From Selaginella moellendorffii (taxonomy: Eukaryota; Plantae; Lycopodiophyta), in assembly GCF_000143415.4 (NCBI RefSeq), contig NW_003314263.1, positions 3,668,451 through 3,732,450 on the forward strand: a stretch of 64,000 nt of DNA, in the 5' to 3' direction. Shown here in pieces: positions 58,384 through 64,000 of the stretch (positions are counted from its first letter, which is position 1; each line of letters opens with the position of its first letter). A program made the translations under genes and the position numbers. Below the pieces are notes generated by a model. It saw nothing but the letters and a program-made list of their open reading frames with translations, ran no database searches and had not been told where the DNA came from.

Positions 58384-59366
58384 TCAGTTCCATGCGGGCA
58401 TAGTGACAAGGAAAAGCTTCGCCTCCTCCAAAGACTTGGCATGCCCAATCGCTGCCAACAAGGCATTCCAAGTCACTATGCTCCGCTCGGGCATCTCAAC
58501 AAACAAGTCTTGTGCAATCTCAAGCCGCTCGCATTGAGCATATGAAACGACGAGCACAGTCCACGACACAAGATTCCATGCTGGCATCTTGTCAAAGTAG
58601 CTCTTTGCCTTGTCTAGAAGACGATTCTCGGCATATCCCTGGAGCAATGCCGTCCATGAGAAGACGTTCCTCTCCGGCATATTCTTGAACAAGGCACACG
58701 CTTCTCTTGCATTGCCCCTCGCGGCAAATGCCGAAATCATTGCAGTAGCTGATATAATGTCATGCTGGGGCATCTTTCGAAAGAATCCTCGAGAGGTTAA
58801 GATACCTCCGAGTCTTGCATATCCAGCAAGCATTGATGTCCATGCAATTGCATTTCGAGGTGACATAGAATCAAACATATGCTTCGCGCTACACATATAC
58901 CCGCTTTGGGCATATGCTGTAAGCATTGTTGTCCACGACACAAAGTTGGGATTTGGAATCGAATCAAAAAGAATCTTTGCCTCGTCTACATTGCCATGCT
59001 GTGCGTACGCTCCAAGCATTGTATTCCATGCAACAGTATCACGATCGGGCATCTCATGAAAGATAAGCTTAGCATCTTGCGGATACCCGTTTTGGGTATA
59101 TGCAGTCATCATAACTGCCCACGAGAAAACGTTCTTGGCGTCGATGATGTCAAACACTCGCTTGGCATCATTTGGGCTGCCGCATTTGCCATACATCTGG
59201 ACGAGCAAATTGGCAGGAAGACGTTCTATCTGTAGTCCTTTTTATCTGAAATGATCTGGCTGTGTATCCAGCGACCCTTTGCCAAGTCCTTGGATTTGGC
59301 ACAGTGACGAATCACGGTTGCGAAGTCTTCAATGGCGTGGTTGGCTGCTCTCTTGAGAGCACTCAT
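58384..59366 (-). pseudogene. PPR pseudogene (cassette 3)
   Basis: ATG at 59366 as in cassette 1. A 1-bp deletion at ~59214 (ttggcagg vs ttggccagg) shifts the frame, and a small deletion at ~58386 creates an early stop. Confidence 0.85.
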
Positions 59367-60306
59367 TAGAACGGCATTCTACACTACTAGTTTTATAAAA
59401 GATCCATTCTCTTTTGCCCACTTGGATAAAAAAAATTGATCATAGGTCACGATACTAACTATTGCTGCGTTGAAAGACGCAATCATCCCTGGATATAATT
59501 CTTAAACCACACACATTATGTGGGGCTGTTTGTGGTCATAGTCTGAAGCTGTTCGCCGCAAAATTCGTAGGAGTGGATCTACTTTCTATTTCTCTTGAGC
59601 TCTGCTCTGGAGGGTGATGAGATTGTTATTTGGCTCGGACTGATATCAGAGGTCGTTAAAACTCCTCAGGCACCAGGAGGAGACAAAACTTCACTCCACC
59701 AGTGTGCTCCATGGTCGGGAATCTTCAAAAACACCCGGTGGTGGGCTGAGAAATTCTCTTAAATCCACATTCATGCAACAAGAGTTATCATATACGGTTA
59801 GAAGAGAACATTGAGCAGCATAGCATAGAAGCTATGGCAATGTACGAGGAAGGAAAAAGGCGCGGCGAATGCAATCAAGCACGAGAGCTGGCTGCAAAGA
59901 CGGATGCTTGGAACTGTTGCTTTCAAATACAATAAAGACTGCTTAGCTGGAATCGTTGCTTTCAAATACAATACATAATGACTGCTTAGCTGTATGCCTT
60001 AGAAAAGCAATAGCTATACACATTCCAGATACCAAAAGCATGTAACACATGAGAAGATACTCTACATAGCATGAGATTGAGTGGGTTGCCACTTTTTAGT
60101 TACTTTCATTTTAATCAGTTTCTCTTTTTCCTGAGCTCTATCTATATCCAATTTTTGTGGCACTCATCAAACAATACATATTAATTGTATAAACTTGCAT
60201 GATTTAAGCTGGTACAGTTACCTCTTCTTTTCTTTCCAAAGAAAAGAAGAGCTCTATCTATATCCAAATTTTGTGGCATCCAAGAATACATATTAATTAG
60301 CATGAT

Positions 60307-62250
60307 TTAAGCTGGTATAGTTACCTTTTCTTTTCTTTCCACGTAGCGCATACGAACGTACACACCGAAAGTTACTATGGCAAACACAAAGATTGCAAAC
60401 GAGCACGCTGCAAATAAGATAATCCAAGATGGAGTGACTTGAACTGTTGAAGTTGTAGTCACCAAGAACGAGACCCCGTCGAGCTGCTGGAGTAGTGTTT
60501 TTGAGGTGGCAAGCCGGGGCTCACTTCCCACAGCATTCAAGCTGACAAACACGTTAAACATGTTCCACACGATCACACCCAAGAGCAGAAAACCCCGAAT
60601 TCCCGTCTTAAACAGTGGAAGTCCTATTGTCGCTTCCACAACCCTGGTAAATTTGCCTGCGCGCTTCAAGATCAACGCCTCCACCTCTTGCAAATCCCTG
60701 TTGAACATCCCCCAGATGGTCACAAGGATGGTCACCACTGCTGTGACAATCCCAACAGTTATGTCTGATCTCTGCGACGAAGTGCTCTCCCATTCCTTCT
60801 TCACGAACCTAAGCACGTCCGCCACCTTTTGAGACTCCCTCAAGCGCTTCTCCAGCTTTTGCATCTCGTTTGAGCTCTTTAGATCCTGCAAACTTACCGT
60901 GCACAGCTTGTCCACCAGCTTCGACTGGCCTTCGTCCATGCCACACAAGAAGTTGTCGTCCTTGTCGCTTGGAACCTTGTTATTGAAGGTGTCCATGAGA
61001 ACTTCCAGCGATGCCCGAGATTGGTGTCTTCCCACAGCGGATGTTCTGCCAAAGGGAGGGCTCACGGCAACAATTGGATCTCTCAAGCACTCCTTCAGAT
61101 CTGCCACCAGTGTGGTATCGTTCGGAGCCTTCTTCTGGATCGTGTGCTCGGTGCAAGAAACGAAATCTTTGAGTCGCTGGATCGTGTCCTCGGCACCAAA
61201 GATTACCCAATTGAATCTTATGCTGAAATTTACCTGGAGTAGTATCGATGTGTTCCATGTCGGGCTGTAAGAGTAGAAGATGGTTCTATTCTCTTCCAAA
61301 GGATAGATATCGTAATCCCAAAACGAATTGCCCTGGCCACACCCGGAGGCATTTAGTTTCAGAGGAAAAATATCATCCTCATTCGAAGCTGTGCCAGTGA
61401 AGTCCAGACCCACAAGGCAAAGGTTACCATCGCAAGCGCACTGGAAGCTTGGAAAACCCATGTAAGAAACCACGTCCGGGGTGACGAGGATCGGGGAGGC
61501 CCTATTGCAAACCTGGCCTTCGTAGACGTAGTTCTTGATTCCTTTGCCAGAGCTTTTGAGCTTCAATCCTGCACCGGTTCTAGCGTTGCTCACAAAGTTT
61601 GTCAAATACACCGCACTATTGTCCAGATACAAAGCGCTGCTCTCCACGGCATATGGTTCCTGTGAAGCCTTCCGATACGGAACGCCAACCAAGAGCGCCG
61701 CATATGATCCAGGAGCGGTCTGGACGATCGGGGTTGTGTAAAGACACGAATCATCCTTGGATCCTGGCAAGGTGAAACAAGTTCTTACACTCATCCCCCA
61801 GTAGACTGTCATCTTCCACACCAGAGTCCTGCTTATCTTGACAAACTCTCCTCCAAGAATGTGGGGATCTGGCGAGCTATACAAAGAGCTCTCATTTGTA
61901 GAGGTGATATTGCCCGAAACACGCCAGATGCTGGCCCTCTGGTATGCAAGCGTTCCCCTCTGGGAGACGTCAAGAGCATCCGGGAGTGAGGAATCAGAGA
62001 CCCACTGGTAGAATGGATCGGAGCTTGTGGCAAAGACGGTGGCTTCCCAGCAAGTAGAGCACATGTCCTCCTTGACGATATCTGGGTAGTAATCCCCTGG
62101 AGGTGGCTTGCTCATCTCTGGAACCGCGAAGATGGCAGTGACCACAAGTGTCGCCACGAAAGTTGCAAATGCGATGCCAATCACAAGCGCTCCAGTGAGT
62201 TTCTCCCTTGGATTCAACATCAGTTTAGCTGCGCCTTGTGACTCTGCCAT
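60307..62250 (-). CDS. Uncharacterised intronless 4TM protein with large Cys-rich extracellular loop (647 aa)
   Basis: Intact ORF, close paralog of 54169-56103. Confidence 0.88.
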   Translation of the reverse strand: MAESQGAAKLMLNPREKLTGALVIGIAFATFVATLVVTAIFAVPEMSKPPPGDYYPDIVKEDMCSTCWEATVFATSSDPFYQWVSDSSLPDALDVSQRGTLAYQRASIWRVSGNITSTNESSLYSSPDPHILGGEFVKISRTLVWKMTVYWGMSVRTCFTLPGSKDDSCLYTTPIVQTAPGSYAALLVGVPYRKASQEPYAVESSALYLDNSAVYLTNFVSNARTGAGLKLKSSGKGIKNYVYEGQVCNRASPILVTPDVVSYMGFPSFQCACDGNLCLVGLDFTGTASNEDDIFPLKLNASGCGQGNSFWDYDIYPLEENRTIFYSYSPTWNTSILLQVNFSIRFNWVIFGAEDTIQRLKDFVSCTEHTIQKKAPNDTTLVADLKECLRDPIVAVSPPFGRTSAVGRHQSRASLEVLMDTFNNKVPSDKDDNFLCGMDEGQSKLVDKLCTVSLQDLKSSNEMQKLEKRLRESQKVADVLRFVKKEWESTSSQRSDITVGIVTAVVTILVTIWGMFNRDLQEVEALILKRAGKFTRVVEATIGLPLFKTGIRGFLLLGVIVWNMFNVFVSLNAVGSEPRLATSKTLLQQLDGVSFLVTTTSTVQVTPSWIILFAACSFAIFVFAIVTFGVYVRMRYVERKEKVTIPA

Positions 62251-62480
62251 AGCTCCAATCTTCTCTGCTCAAACAGATTATGCGGTGGATTGGAATGAAA
62301 GCTTATATAGTCACTTTTAAGTTTAATACTGTAAGTAAATGGAGAATAAAGTGATTATTCCCTTCGCATAATGGGAGTATGGGTGTATAGCTTTATGTTT
62401 ATTAATAAGATGCTTATATCATGCTTTTCATCAACAACGCCTATTAAGTCGTCCATCTCGAGAGAACTTTCGTAGTCACA

Positions 62481-63401
62481 ATGGTTTCTTTTCTTGCTCT
62501 TGCTCGATTTCTCCTTGTTCTTCTTCTTTCATCGTTTGATCTTGCCTTCTCAATCGAGCTCGCTGGTGTGCTAAATCCCGAGGACATTTCCCTCCCACCG
62601 AGAGATCCAAGGTCCCAGTCCGTGGATTCCTACTGTCGCACCTTCCAGTTTAGCGTTGCATCTGGAAACCTCTTGAGCTGGAGGGTCCCTGCCGAGTGTG
62701 TTCCATACGTCCGGAGGTACACCACCGGGCCACAGTACCAAGCCGACGTCCAAGCTGCAACGAGCTTGGCACTACAGCAAGCCCAGACTTTCTGCGCCAG
62801 GCCCGGCATTGATGCGTGGCTGTTTGATGTCGATGGTACTCTCCTCTCAACCACGCCCTACTTTGCTACAAAGCAGTTCGGGTAACGTCTGGATCTATCT
62901 CTTCCTCCCCCTGTTGAAAGTTAATACTTTGCAGAGCTGGAAGCTACAACGACACTGACTTTAACTTGTGGGCCGCCAGAGGCGTCGCCCCGGCGATCGT
63001 TCCAGTGAGGACCTTCTACCGGACGCTTCTCAGGACGAACTGGACAGTGTTCCTCGTGTCCACACGCCCAGAGTCACTGCGGCGTGTGACTGTGAGGAAC
63101 TTACTCCGGGCGGGCTACAGAGGCTGGAAGAGGCTCTTCATGAGGTTTGTGAGCTTTAGATAACGTTGGCTAGCCTGTCATGACACCAGATGCTACTCTT
63201 GCTAGACGACCACTCTTCCAGACTCAAGACGAGAACCTTGTTGAAATAAAGAAAGCGAACAAACTGTCCAGGGGCTCGGCCGAGCAATCGATGAAAGATG
63301 CTGGGTATGACACCAAGGGAGCAACGAGCAACAAGCAAGACACAGGTGGTGACAAGAGCATTCCACAGTCTCTGGTGCCTGATCTCTCGGGTAACAAATA
63401 A
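62481..63401 (+). CDS. Secreted HAD class IIIB acid phosphatase/VSP-like protein with non-homologous last exon
   Basis: Same structure as the 56379 copy. Exons 62481-62881, 62935-63144 and 63206-63401 (inferred splicing). Confidence 0.8.
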
Positions 63402-64000
63402 AACTCAAGCAATACAATGCAAGAAACATACCTCAATAATAATGCAGATTTCGATTGATTAATAATTGAAACTAGTACCTCTTTATTTCACCACGATCAC
63501 CACGATGGACACAGATATTTTATCCGTTTACATGTTGGCTTTCACGTTGAGTTTTGTTGCAATCTTCTGACCAAGCATACGATCCGCCTGCACACGTTTC
63601 ATGGTTGAGTTTGATCACATGCTGTCTTTTCTTTCTTGTCTAACCTGAGACCAGTAAGAGAGCCAGATGCTACGGATTTCGTGGGTGACGCGCGGGTCGG
63701 ACAGAGCATCCACAACTCTCGCAATGAAACGCTCTTGCCTGGAAGAGGAGCAGAGATTCAGTTAAAACATGACTAGCTGAGAGAGAGGTTTGAGATCTTG
63801 CCTGTCAGCAGGCCAGGAGCGGAACCTTGCTCCTGGCTGAGCAAAGTTATTTTCCTTTTCAATCATCACCTACAAGAGAAAAACATTATTGCCAAAGCAT
63901 AAAATGAGAAGATGAAAGTTAGACTAGCCAAACCTTTTCTCGTCGACCACCGAGAGGGTGAGAAGGAATAGGCACTCGCTCAGCGTGACGGCAAGGATCA

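Larger units (their letters stand above)
45820..64000. repeat. ~6.1-kb tandem cassette x3 [PPR(-), 4TM(-), acid phosphatase(+)], running off the window end
   Basis: Homologous positions recur at ~6.1-kb spacing: 4TM ATGs at 49975/56103/62250, phosphatase stops at 51231/57299/63401, PPR start context at 47178/~53234/59366. Confidence 0.93.

Overview
Eukaryotic plant nuclear DNA. Very short (~45-90 bp) GT-AG introns, dense gene packing, many short-motif PPR genes and lineage-type F-box genes are most consistent with a lycophyte such as Selaginella (inference, not checked). The window has four zones. (1) 1-18.3 kb: a ~5.95-kb tandem duplication carrying a 770-aa intronless F-box-type gene and the 3' end of an HGSNAT-like gene. 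A third partial copy holds a miniature LTR element, and there are JMJ22-like and WAK-like kinase pseudogenes. (2) 17.5-29.9 kb: conserved housekeeping genes (HGSNAT-like, two plant proteins of unknown function, SCYL1/CTEXP, rhodanese). (3) 30-34.9 kb: AT-rich decayed transposon DNA with a fold-back element. (4) 35-64 kb: a birth-and-death cluster of a family I do not recognise. It encodes intronless four-transmembrane proteins with a Cys-rich ~450-aa extracellular loop: 3 intact copies, 1 frameshifted, 1 relic. Each intact or frameshifted copy lies upstream of a co-oriented PPR gene. In a ~6.1-kb tandem cassette each is also head-to-head with a secreted HAD-IIIB acid phosphatase whose catalytic C-terminal exon has been replaced. 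The two youngest 4TM paralogs are near-identical except for one ~110-aa hypervariable ectodomain patch. This is the best candidate for an undescribed recognition system.
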